Shown: piece by piece, positions 28,596 through 37,893 of the stretch
Position numbering within the stretch: the first letter of the stretch is position 1
How the letters are laid out: every line of letters begins with the position of its first letter
NCBI GenBank assembly: GCA_051003155.1
Contig: JBPCLO010000011.1
Span: forward strand, 1-64,000
Direction of reading: 5' to 3'
Length of the DNA: 64,000 nucleotides
Source of the DNA: Fimbriimonadales bacterium
GTDB lineage: Bacteria; Armatimonadota; Fimbriimonadia; Fimbriimonadales; ATM1
The notes under the pieces: model-generated
What the model saw: the letters and a program-made list of their open reading frames with translations, nothing else
Databases searched by the model: none
Told to the model about the DNA's origin: nothing
Program-made: the position numbers and the translations under genes

Positions 28596-30148
28596 ATGGC
28601 CTTTAGCACGGAGACTTTCGTTGCCATGCTGGCGCTGTCCGGCGCGGTCATCGTTCTGGCCTCGTTGCTCAGCGGCTTCGTGGAGCGGGCAAACCTCCGC
28701 AGGTCGCCGTCTTCTTGTTGCTCGGCCTGGTCCTCGGGCCGTCCGTCCTCGGGCTCATGGAGGTCGGACTCGGTTCGTCGGCTTTGCGCGTTTTTGCGAC
28801 GCTCGGTCTGGCACTCGTACTCTTCACAGACGCGGTGACGCTGAAGCTCGGCGAAGCCAGCGAGCATTTGCGCCTAGCTTCGCTTATCCTGGGGCCGGGA
28901 ACCCTGTTGGCGACCGGCGCAATGGCCGTCCTTGCCCACTATCTCTTGGGTTTAGATTGGGCGGCTTCGGTCGTACTCGCTGCGGCCCTCGCGAGCACCG
29001 ACCCGGTCATGCTCCGCGGCCTGCTGCACCGACGGGACCTGCCCCGCCAGGCGCGTCTGGGGCTGAGGCTCGAAAGCGGCTTGAACGACATCGTTCTGCT
29101 GCCGATCCTGCTCGTTGCGATGTCGTTCATGCCCGGCGGGCGCGGCGCTTCGATGGGCGAGATGCTGCTCGAGCTATTCGTCCTCGGGCCGGTTGCCGGA
29201 TTGGTGGTGGGCTGGGCCTCGATCCTTGCGCTCCGCACGGCTCGGGCTCGGATTGGTGTGCGGCGAGATTACGAATCTATTTACAGCCTCGGGGTCTGCT
29301 TCACGGCGTACGCTGCTGGCGAAGCGTTGCACGGTAGCGGATTCCTCGCCGCATTCGCAGCGGGAGCCGTCATTTCGGCGCTCGACCCAGAGCTTTGCGA
29401 CTGCTTCATCGAATACGGCGAGACCACGGCCGAGATGCTCCTCATGTTCATGTTCGTACTTCTTGGCGGCTCGCTCATTTGGAGCGGGTTTCCCCTCCGC
29501 ACCTGGCCGATTGTCGCCTTTGTTGCCCTATCGCTGCTCGCGCGCCCGATCGCGTTATGGCTGTCCCTCCTCGCCGAGAAAATGGACCTGCGTTCGCGCA
29601 AGCTCATCATCTACTTCGGCCCGCGCGGGCTTAGCACTCTGCTATTGGCCCTCTTGCCCGCCTTCGAGGGCCGCGCCGGGTCGGACAAGATATTCGCGGT
29701 CGCCGGCCTCGTCGTGCTAGCGTCCGTCGTTGTGCATGGCGGGAGCATCATGGCTTATGGACGGAAACGGCCGACGCGCACAACCACGCGCCTCCGCGTG
29801 GCCGCCCCGCGGGTAACGCCCGATGACGAAAACTTACTCATCACGGTGGATGAGCTGCGCTCCGTTCCCGATGTCCGCCTCGCCGACGTGCGCAGCCTTC
29901 GCGCATATGAAGACAGCGACGAGAGGATCGACGGCGCGGTCCGCGTAGACCCCGACGACCCGCTCCGCTCCTTGGCCGCCTTTTCTCCAACCGACTGGAT
30001 CGCGCTCTTTTGCACGTGAGCCAACGAGGCAACCAGCGCCCGTGCGGCGCGAGAGTTCCAAAGAGCCGGCTATGCCAATGCCCGCGCCGTAGTCGGTGGC
30101 TGGAGCGCGGTCGTCATTGCGGGTTTTGGGGTCGGGGTGAAGGCGTAG
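28596..30148 (+). CDS. Cation:proton antiporter (NhaP-like) fused to a rhodanese domain with probable selenocysteine (UGA 30017-30019); apparent 1-nt frameshift near 28697
   Basis: LFTDA, ASTDPV, ESGLND, FGPRGL antiporter motifs; rhodanese DVR and FCT*ANEATSARAA..GY..A..V.GGW continue past the TGA to TAG 30148. Confidence 0.8.
30020..30052 (+). promoter_or_regulatory. Candidate bacterial SECIS hairpin
   Basis: GCGCC-cgtgc-GGCGC stem-loop; 21 nt between UGA and loop; G then U near the loop start. Confidence 0.55.
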
Positions 30149-30195
30149 CCCCTGACGCGGCGTATTGTTACGTAACTCCATACCGAGCTACGCTG

Positions 30196-30476
30196 ATGAG
30201 CCACGACGGTTACTGCTTCGGCCGAAGGCAGAGGAGCGGCGCGAGCGGCCTGCTCTCGTTCATGCCGGAATGTTCCCGATTCGAGATCGGGTCAAACGAT
30301 TCTGCGAAAGCCTGAATCTCTTCCAAGTGGGCGTGAGCTGGGATAGCCACGAAAGCCTAGTGGCACCTATCAATTGTGAGGAGACGGGCCACGAATGGCT
30401 ACTGCGCCTCTCGATCGGCTTAGAGACCGCGGACGACCTGATCGCGGTTCTCGATCGCGCACTTAAAGAGCCTTAA
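30196..30476 (+). pseudogene. 3' remnant of a Cys/Met metabolism PLP enzyme (cystathionine lyase/synthase family)
   Basis: SH...GRRQ.SGASGLLSF, frame change near 30280, then LF.VGVSW..HESL, LLRLSIGLE.ADDLI. Confidence 0.75.
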
Positions 30477-30522
30477 GTCCCGGCGTGGAACCCTACCGGT
30501 AGCGGCGGAGTCTATAGCCTCA

Positions 30523-30766
30523 GTGACTGACTCCAATACCACCGTTGGGGCCACCAAAGCGCGCACTCGCCTGCCCGCGCTGCTGAAACGCGTCGCGCGT
30601 GGAGAAGCTCTGACCAATTACGAAGTACGGAACTCCCATTGCCGTGCTCGCGCCCGTCGATAACCCGCGTTCGGCCATCAAGAGGGCTCTCGCGGAACTT
30701 AGGGAGTTGCGAAGCTCCCGCGAACTCGAGACCGTGACGCTGAAACAACTAGCGGAACGGGCCTAA
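30523..30766 (+). pseudogene. Frameshifted orphan Phd/YefM-family antitoxin
   Basis: VGATKARTRLPALLKRVARGEALT, extra A at ~30616, then ITKYGTPIAVLAP. Confidence 0.75.
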
Positions 30767-31887
30767 GCCGGAACGCCCAGAGCTTGGCTGACCATTTCGC
30801 CGATGTACCACAGGCCCTCCATGTCCCCGAGGTTCTTCGCCTCGGAAGCGCCGGAGCTCCAGATCGACACCGGTACGTACTCGCGGGAGTGATCCGTGCT
30901 CGGCGTTGTGGGATCATTTCCGTGGTCGGCGGTTAGGATCAACAGGTCATCGTCGCCGAGTCGCGACATCAGATCTCCGAGAAATACATCGAACTTTTCA
31001 AGCGAGTTGGCGAAACCGAGCGGGTCGTTTCGGTGCCCATAGAGCATGTCGAAGTCCTCGAAATTGGCCCAAATGAATCGAGCGTCGGAGGATAACGCTG
31101 CGAGCAGCATCGCCCCGTGCTCGGCGTTTTCCTGAGTTCGCCGGACTGCGCGAAAGCCCCGGCCCGAGAAGACTTCCGGTATCACGCCGATCCCGAAGAT
31201 CAGGCCCGTTGCCTCGGCGATTTTGTCTGCCATGTTCGGAGGCGGGGGCAGGGGGAAGTCCCTCCGGTTTACCGTTCGACTGAAGCCTTGCGCTTCGCTG
31301 CCCAGAAAAGGGCGAGCGATGACCCTGCCGACGTCGTCCGGGTCCACGAGTATCTCGCGGGCCGTTTCGCAAATCTCGTACAGTTTCGCGACGGGAATCA
31401 CCTCTTCGTGGCAAGCGATCTGGAAAACGCTGTCGGCGCTCGTGTAAATGATCGGGCAGCCGGTTTCGACGTGTGTTAGCCCCAACCGCTCGATGATTTC
31501 GGTACCGCTTGCGGCCTCGTTACCGATAGTCTGCAGGCCGATTCTTCTCTCGAAATCCTTGATTAACGGGATTGGAAAGCCTTTCGGATAAGTCGGGAAC
31601 GGCCGTTCGAGGTGGATGCCCATCATCTCCCAGTGGCCCGTTACCGTGTCCTTGCCGATGCTCACTTCACGAAGACGTCCGTAGTTGGCTTCGATCACCT
31701 GATCGTGCTCGATCCCCGCAGCGGCGAAGTATCCGAGGCGTTTTAGGTTCGGTGCCTTTATCCCACCTACTGCTTTCCAAACGTTGAGGAGCGTGTGCCC
31801 TTCGTTTATGCCGACGTCCCCGAATGCTGCCGCGTCCGGCGCGGCCCCGGCGCCGCAACCGTCGAGAACGATACAGACGACCCTCAC
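30763..31887 (-). CDS. deoB: Phosphopentomutase
   Basis: IVLDGCG.G, GKDTVTGHWE, YTSADSVFQIA, YGHRND, TADHGNDPT, HSREYVP. Confidence 0.96.
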   Translation of the reverse strand: MRVVCIVLDGCGAGAAPDAAAFGDVGINEGHTLLNVWKAVGGIKAPNLKRLGYFAAAGIEHDQVIEANYGRLREVSIGKDTVTGHWEMMGIHLERPFPTYPKGFPIPLIKDFERRIGLQTIGNEAASGTEIIERLGLTHVETGCPIIYTSADSVFQIACHEEVIPVAKLYEICETAREILVDPDDVGRVIARPFLGSEAQGFSRTVNRRDFPLPPPPNMADKIAEATGLIFGIGVIPEVFSGRGFRAVRRTQENAEHGAMLLAALSSDARFIWANFEDFDMLYGHRNDPLGFANSLEKFDVFLGDLMSRLGDDDLLILTADHGNDPTTPSTDHSREYVPVSIWSSGASEAKNLGDMEGLWYIGEMVSQALGVPA

Positions 31888-32945
31888 TTGTAGCTATAGT
31901 CGCCGTTGTGCGCGTCTTCGATGTAGCGCGCGAGGATGTTCACCGAGGCATCGACATCATCCGAGTGCACGGTTTCGTTGACCGTATGGACGTAGCGGGT
32001 CGGGATCGAAAGCGTGAACGACGGAATTCCGCCGTGGAGGCGCTGCACAGCGCCCGCATCGGTTCCTCCGGCGGGCAGAATTTCGATTTGGTACTTGATC
32101 TTGTTCTTCTGGGCGACGGTTCGGAAATGCTCGACGAGCTTCGGATGGCAGATAAGGGAGCTATCCATGATCTTGATCGCGGTTCCCTCGCCGAGGCGTG
32201 TCACGTGGTCTTGGTCTGGGATGCCGGGGATGTCGTTCGCGAGGGTGATGTCGACGGCGACCATGATGTCGGGTTTGACCGCCGAGCCGCTCGCCGCAGC
32301 GCCGCGAAGGCCGATTTCTTCTTGCACCGTCGCGATCCCGTAAACGTCCACGCTGTGCGATTTTGCCGCCTTGAGCGCTTCGATCATCACGTACACGGCG
32401 ACGCGGTCGTCCATGCTCTTGCAAGTGAGAAGGTTGCCCATTTTCTGCAGCGTTCGGTTCATTGTGACCATGTCGCCCAGCTGAACCTTCTTCTTCGCGT
32501 CTTTGCCGGAGATCCCGGTGTCGACAAAGAAATTGTCGATTTGTGGAGGCTTGTTCATCTCCTCGGGCGTCAGCATGTGCTTCGGTTTGGTGCTGGGCAT
32601 GAGCACGCCGTTGAGGGCGCCTCCAACCGTGTGAACGAATACGCGCTGGCTCGACATTTGCCTGGGATCCCAGCCACCGAGGGGTTGAATCCGAATGAAT
32701 CCCTTGTCGTCGATGTGCTTGACGACGAAACCGATCTCGTCCATATGCGCCGCGATCATCAGCTTTCTGGGTTCGCCCGTCTTCAGGGCTTTAGTCGCCT
32801 TCTTGACGCAGTGCATATTGCCCATTGAGTCGACCGAAATGTCGCAGATCGCCTTGAGCTCCCTTCGCACGATTTCCCGGATCGCGTCCTCTTGGCCCGA
32901 GATGCCGTGAGCCTCGGTCAGTTGCTGCAGAAGCTTGATATTCAT
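31884..32945 (-). CDS. M42 family metallo-aminopeptidase
   Basis: AHMDEIG, DDR, QEEIGLRGA, GGTDA, RYVH. Confidence 0.94.
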   Translation of the reverse strand: MNIKLLQQLTEAHGISGQEDAIREIVRRELKAICDISVDSMGNMHCVKKATKALKTGEPRKLMIAAHMDEIGFVVKHIDDKGFIRIQPLGGWDPRQMSSQRVFVHTVGGALNGVLMPSTKPKHMLTPEEMNKPPQIDNFFVDTGISGKDAKKKVQLGDMVTMNRTLQKMGNLLTCKSMDDRVAVYVMIEALKAAKSHSVDVYGIATVQEEIGLRGAAASGSAVKPDIMVAVDITLANDIPGIPDQDHVTRLGEGTAIKIMDSSLICHPKLVEHFRTVAQKNKIKYQIEILPAGGTDAGAVQRLHGGIPSFTLSIPTRYVHTVNETVHSDDVDASVNILARYIEDAHNGDYSYK

Positions 32946-32997
32946 TGGCGGCTAGTATGGCTCATGGCCCACACGCCCGAGGCGATATACTCGGCGC

Positions 32998-33501
32998 ATG
33001 ACCCAACGCCTGTGGGCGCCATGGCGATTGGCGTACATCGAGAAGCCCGGACCGAAGGAGGGCGGGTGCATCTTCGTCGATTTACCTGCTGAGCAGGATG
33101 ATGAGAAGAACCTCATCCTTTTCCGGGGAGCGAAGGCGTTCGTGATTCTGAATGCATACCCGTACACAAATGGGCACCTCATGATCGCAGCGTATCGGCA
33201 CACGAGCAACATGGAGGATCTCGAGGACGAGGAACTTTTGGAAGTTCAGGCGCTCATCCGCGATAGTGTGCGATGGCTCGAAAAGGCGTACCGGCCAGAA
33301 GGGTTCAATATCGGCGCCAACTTGGGAAAAGCCGCGGGGGCGGGAATAGAGGAGCACCTGCATTGGCACGTTGTGCCGAGGTGGGTTGGCGATACCAACT
33401 TCATGACCGTCACCGGCGAGGCGCGGGTGCTTGCGCAGAGTCTGGAGGATAGCTACACCCGGCTGAAAGCGGTCGTGGACCAGGAGGTCGGGATCGGCTG
33501 A
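32998..33501 (+). CDS. HIT family protein (Ap4A hydrolase/phosphorylase-like)
   Basis: LWAPWR, LN.YPY.NGH, HLHWHVVPRW. Confidence 0.93.
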   Translation: MTQRLWAPWRLAYIEKPGPKEGGCIFVDLPAEQDDEKNLILFRGAKAFVILNAYPYTNGHLMIAAYRHTSNMEDLEDEELLEVQALIRDSVRWLEKAYRPEGFNIGANLGKAAGAGIEEHLHWHVVPRWVGDTNFMTVTGEARVLAQSLEDSYTRLKAVVDQEVGIG

Positions 33502-33506
33502 CGCAG

Positions 33507-34097
33507 TTGACGACGCTCGACGACATCGCGAAGCAGGCCGCGGTCTGCACGATGTGCAAGCTCTCCGAGAGGCGAAGAAACGTCGTGTTCGGCGAAGGGA
33601 ACCCGTCGGGCCCGCTCGTGCTGATCGGCGAAGGCCCGGGGGATCAGGAGGATGCGACCGGGCGGCCGTTCGTGGGGCGGTCGGGGCAGCTATTGGATCG
33701 CGCGCTCATGGACAACGGTCTCGACCGGAGCGATGTGTACATCTGCAACACGGTCAAGTGCCGGGCTTGCGATTGGAGGGACGGCAAACCGTACAACCGT
33801 GCCCCCGCCGAGGATGAGATTGCCGCATGCAGCGGGTGGCTGGAGCAACAGCTGCAGATTATTCAGCCGAAGGTGATCCTATGCATCGGCTCGCCGAGCG
33901 CGAACACGATCATCCGGAAGGGTTTTCAGATCACCAAAGAGCGGGGCAAGCTGTTTCCCTGCGGATTCGCCGAGCAGGCGATTGCGACGCTGCATCCGGC
34001 GTACATCTTGCGGCAGCAAGGGGCGAACAGCGACGGGGGTTATTCGCTCCTGGTCGACGACATTGCCCTCGCCTGGGCAACCGCGAACCGGGCGTAG
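33507..34097 (+). CDS. Family 4 uracil-DNA glycosylase
   Basis: CTMC, GEGPG..ED..GRPFVG, VKCR, HPAY. Confidence 0.94.
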   Translation: MTTLDDIAKQAAVCTMCKLSERRRNVVFGEGNPSGPLVLIGEGPGDQEDATGRPFVGRSGQLLDRALMDNGLDRSDVYICNTVKCRACDWRDGKPYNRAPAEDEIAACSGWLEQQLQIIQPKVILCIGSPSANTIIRKGFQITKERGKLFPCGFAEQAIATLHPAYILRQQGANSDGGYSLLVDDIALAWATANRA

Positions 34098-34185
34098 GAG
34101 TGACAGCTTCCCTTTGGGAGGGCGCGAACTTGCTCGCGCTCTATGCCGAATCCGCCAGCCTGTTCGAGATGAAGTGGAGTCTCGC

Positions 34186-34504
34186 GAGTATGTCGACCTC
34201 GCATCGGGCACCACGAACACCACGGTCAGGCGCGGCAACATCGGCACGATCAACGGCAGCCGCCTGCAATACAACCCCGCCGCGATCGACGAGGGCATCT
34301 TCTTCGTGCCGACCGGCGCGGGCGGCGCCACTCAAGTCGCCGGCAACCGCGTCCAGAAGAACAAGCCCGGCCAGCTCGTCTTCCTCGTCCCCGCCGCCGG
34401 CCCCACCTTCCTCCCCGGCACTTATTTCCTCGAAGTCCGCGCACGGCTGAGGAACACGATCCAGCGGAGCCGAGCGCCTCGATGACACGCTGACCGTGGT
34501 CTAA
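34186..34504 (+). pseudogene. DUF4469-like Ig-fold domain remnant without its N-terminus
   Basis: GSRLQY....EGIFFV...NKPGQLVFLVP...GTYFLEV; tail LDDTLTVV lies in another frame; no start. Confidence 0.55.
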
Positions 34505-34761
34505 GGTCGGCGCAAGGATCGTGCTCCCATCTGTTACATGGAGCATGCGCCCACCTGTTCCACGATGCCTGCGCCCAGCTAGTGGCGATGCATGCAAAGC
34601 AGGGACACGATCCATGCACCCGCCTTGCACGGTTTCGGAGGCGCAGCTTCCGGATGGGCCTTGTGCCACAATTGGCACGTAGGAACGACACGAACCTCGT
34701 TTCCGGCGCTCGGCCAACACGACCGGACGCCGAGAGCCTTCCCCGGTTAAGGAGAACAACA

Positions 34762-36171
34762 ATGAAACATACAGCCACCGCCATCGCCCTATTCCTCGCG
34801 ATTTGCGCCAACGCCCAGTGGACCGTCATAAACCTGCACCCCGAGGGGGGCGATTTTTCGTATGCCAATGGCGTAAGTGATGGCCAGCAGGTCGGCCTTG
34901 CGCATGTGGTAGGCCCGCGTGCGAGCCTTTGGTATGGTACTGCCGAATCGTATGTCGACCTTCATCCCACTGGGGCGCAAGCGTCGATTGCCTATGGCGT
35001 AAGTGGCGGTCAGCAGGTCGGCACCGTGGGGAGTGTCAACTATCGAGCCGCTCTTTGGACGGGGACGGCTGAATCCAGGGTGAACCTGCACCCAGCGGGA
35101 GCAGCAATATCGGAAGCCTTCGGCGTGGCCGGCGGACAGCAAGTTGGATATTCTGATTTCACTGGGGGCAGAGCGAATGCAAGTCTATGGACCGGCACTG
35201 CGCAATCGCATGTGAACCTGCACCCTGCGGGGGCACACAGTTCAGTTGCGCAGGCTATTCACAACGGCCAGCAGGTGGGTTATCATATGATTTTTGGCAA
35301 CGATAACCACTTAGCCAGCCTTTGGAGCGGCACAGCGCAGTCGCATGTGAGCCTGCACCCAGCCGGAGCGACAACCTCAGTTGCGCGCGGTATCCACAAC
35401 GGCCAGCAGGTCGGTGTTGTCGACTACGACCGGGCGAGTCTCTGGACAGGCACAGCGGAATCTTGGGTCGACCTCGGATACGGTCGCGCCCACGGAGTGC
35501 ACGACGGCACGCAGGTTGGGAATTCCTTTGGCACCGATCACGCGTGTCTCTGGTATGGAACTCCGGGTTCACGCGTGGACCTGGGAGCGTTTCTGCCGCC
35601 GGAGTTCTACACCTCCGAGGCAAGGGGCATCTGGCACGATGGTGTGTTCACCTACGTCGTCGGACTTGCGCATGTGGTGGGCCGGGACGAAGCAGTGATG
35701 TGGGTTTCCCGGGCAAGCGCGCCAACCTCCTACAGCATGTTCCGCGGTTCGGTGATCTCGGGCAATCTGGCGTCGCTGCAGAGTAGCGACAACAACAGGC
35801 TCGTCATGAGGCCCGGTGCCGTGTTCTCCAATGCGGAGCCGCCGGTACAGGTCATCCTGAACGCGACCGCGCCGACGTCCTCGCCGAGCGGGTTCAGCTT
35901 CTCGCTGGAGTCGAACGCGAGCATCGCCAACGCCGAGCAGAAGATCTCGCTTTACAACTATGTGACCGGCCAGTACGAGGTCCTCGACACGCGCTTGGCG
36001 ACCACGTCCGACGACACGGTGAACGTGAGCGTCACGACCAACACCTCCCGCTTCATCCAAGCGGGCACGATGGCCATCCGCGCCCGAGTCAGCTACCGTG
36101 CCCTCGGGCCGGTGTTCACCTATCCATGGTTCGGCCGCATCGACAAGGCATGGTGGGCCTTCCCGGGATAG
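34762..36171 (+). CDS. Secreted repeat (probable beta-propeller) protein with shared C-terminal domain
   Basis: AAGGAG RBS, signal peptide, about 6-7 repeats V.LHP.GA..S.A.G..GQQVG...ASLW.GTA. Confidence 0.85.
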   Translation: MKHTATAIALFLAICANAQWTVINLHPEGGDFSYANGVSDGQQVGLAHVVGPRASLWYGTAESYVDLHPTGAQASIAYGVSGGQQVGTVGSVNYRAALWTGTAESRVNLHPAGAAISEAFGVAGGQQVGYSDFTGGRANASLWTGTAQSHVNLHPAGAHSSVAQAIHNGQQVGYHMIFGNDNHLASLWSGTAQSHVSLHPAGATTSVARGIHNGQQVGVVDYDRASLWTGTAESWVDLGYGRAHGVHDGTQVGNSFGTDHACLWYGTPGSRVDLGAFLPPEFYTSEARGIWHDGVFTYVVGLAHVVGRDEAVMWVSRASAPTSYSMFRGSVISGNLASLQSSDNNRLVMRPGAVFSNAEPPVQVILNATAPTSSPSGFSFSLESNASIANAEQKISLYNYVTGQYEVLDTRLATTSDDTVNVSVTTNTSRFIQAGTMAIRARVSYRALGPVFTYPWFGRIDKAWWAFPG

Positions 36172-36238
36172 ATCAACTCGGGCGACGGTATTCGCGCCGG
36201 CACCGATGGGGCGTCTCGCGAGTACCCGCGACCTGGGG

Positions 36239-36478
36239 CTAGATTTCCAGATGCCACTTTCTTGTCGGCGTGTGGGGGCGGCGGGTCGGCTTGCCCTCGA
36301 TTTGGTTGCCTTGCCAGACGTCGACGATCATCTCGCGGTGGTCGTTCATCATGCAGATCGAGCGCGGGCCGAACTGCTGGGCGACGTCGATTGCGACTTG
36401 GCGTGAGCCGGGATTGAGCTTGCCGTCTTTGCAGAGGGCCGTGCCTTCATCGAAGCGCGGACAGTCAGAGCAGCGCAC
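36239..36478 (-). CDS. Small Cys-containing hypothetical protein
   Basis: CSDC...C...C pattern; 2 nt after the upstream stop. Confidence 0.6.
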   Translation of the reverse strand: MRCSDCPRFDEGTALCKDGKLNPGSRQVAIDVAQQFGPRSICMMNDHREMIVDVWQGNQIEGKPTRRPHTPTRKWHLEI

Positions 36479-36480
36479 GG

Positions 36481-36765
36481 CTACGCCCCTCCCGATTTGC
36501 GGACGAAGTTGATCCTCAGATCGCTCAGGCGGGATTGGACGCGTCTCCTATCATCGTCGTCGAGGTGCGGGTCGAGCGTCTCCGCCATTCGGCTCGCGGT
36601 GTCGATCGCCACCTTCGCCTCCTCCAGGTTCACGTCCTCTTGGCCGGTCATCGGATCGGGGCGGAGGCCCATTTTCTGCCACGCGACCTCGGCGAACTGG
36701 TCGATCGAAAACGCGATCAGATCGTATACGCTCAGCGGCTTGGCCGCACTTTCTTCCTCGTCCAT
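36481..36765 (-). CDS. DUF1844 family protein
   Basis: AWQKMGL.PDP.TG....NLEEAK.AID...L..LR.NFV. Confidence 0.85.
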   Translation of the reverse strand: MDEEESAAKPLSVYDLIAFSIDQFAEVAWQKMGLRPDPMTGQEDVNLEEAKVAIDTASRMAETLDPHLDDDDRRRVQSRLSDLRINFVRKSGGA

Positions 36766-37622
36766 CAGTTCTCCCGCAGCGATTTTAGTCTATCTACATT
36801 GACGGCGTGCATGGTGTCCGCGTCGGGAGTTTCTATGATCATCGGCGCGTGCGCGAGGCGAGGATCGTTTACGAACCAGCGAAACGGCTCCAGCCCGATC
36901 AGTCCGTCGCCGATGTGCTCGTGGCGATCCAGCCGCGACGCGAACGGCTTCTTCGAATCATTCGCGTGGATCGCGCGAAGGCGGTCGAAGCCGATCAGGC
37001 GGCCGAACTCCTCCATCGTCTTCTCGTAGCCTTCACGCTCGTGGACCGCATAGCCGGCCGCGAAGAGGTGGCAGGTATCCATGCAAATGACGAGCCGCGC
37101 ATCGCCGCCGTGGGCTTCGATGATCATCGCCCAATGCTCGAACTTGTATCCCAGGCAGGAACCCTGGCCGGCGGTTGTTTCCATCGCGATCGATACGTCG
37201 GCCGGCGTCTCTTGGAGTATTCGAGCGACAGAGCCGGCGAGGATGATCATCGCCTCGCGCTCCTCCTGACCCTTTAGGGCGCCCATGTGCGAAACGACGT
37301 ACGGGATGCCCAATTGCCCGCAGCGGTTCATCTCGTTGATAAGCGTAACGATCGAAAGTTCGCGGGTCTTGGGATCGGGTGCGCAGAGGTTTACGAGGTA
37401 CGTGTCGTGGGAGACCACCGCATCGATCCCCGTCTCCTTCATCGCCCGCTTGGTTTCCGCTATCGTAGCGGGGTCTGCCGGCTTGGACGCCCAGTTGCGC
37501 GGGCTGGTCGTGAAGACCTGGATCGTTTCGCACCCGATCTCCTTCCCAGTTCGAATGGCGTTTGGGACACCCCCTCCTCCCGTTGGCATGTGCGCGCCGA
37601 TAAGCCGTGGCATGAAGGGCAT
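36765..37622 (-). CDS. nfo: Endonuclease IV
   Basis: IGAH, H..YLVNL, ETTAGQG, DTCH, HANDS, DRHEHIG.G, ETP. Confidence 0.96.
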   Translation of the reverse strand: MPFMPRLIGAHMPTGGGGVPNAIRTGKEIGCETIQVFTTSPRNWASKPADPATIAETKRAMKETGIDAVVSHDTYLVNLCAPDPKTRELSIVTLINEMNRCGQLGIPYVVSHMGALKGQEEREAMIILAGSVARILQETPADVSIAMETTAGQGSCLGYKFEHWAMIIEAHGGDARLVICMDTCHLFAAGYAVHEREGYEKTMEEFGRLIGFDRLRAIHANDSKKPFASRLDRHEHIGDGLIGLEPFRWFVNDPRLAHAPMIIETPDADTMHAVNVDRLKSLREN

Positions 37623-37660
37623 ACGTTACCTGTTGGGTGTCAGGGTTGGCCAAGGTTGGC

Positions 37661-37793
37661 GGACCGCCGTTCCTCCATCCCCACGCGTGTGCGGCGGCTG
37701 CTAGCTACCCGGATGTAACCCAGATCCGGTTAATCCATGTGAGCGGGGCTGATCCAAACCTGTAGCACAACACGCGAGAGCCGGCGGAAGTCC
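37661..37793. ncRNA. Candidate structured RNA, family unassigned (6S-like rod possible)
   Basis: Nested complementary blocks CCGCCG/CGGCGG, CGCGTGT/ACACGCG, GCTAC/GTAGC, CCGGAT/ATCCGG in a non-coding gap. Confidence 0.45.
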
Positions 37794-37893
37794 AGAAAGG
37801 GAAAGCCCGAGCATGATGATCCTCTATATTCGACGGCAGTTAACACCCATGTCAGCGTACTGCCTCTTTCGAAACAGGTAGAACTTGGCTTGG

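Noticed and set aside
31824..32828. Long antisense or alternate-frame ORFs (also 2785-3846, 44568-45878)
   Set aside because: Shadows of well-supported genes in GC-rich DNA
34820..35600. Repeats that could suggest a CRISPR array or DGR
   Set aside because: In-frame degenerate protein repeats; no cas or reverse transcriptase gene in the window
37785..37815. GGGAAAGCCCGAGC resembling the RNase P RNA 5' motif
   Set aside because: No room or motifs for the rest of RNase P RNA; the SRP loop motif is also absent
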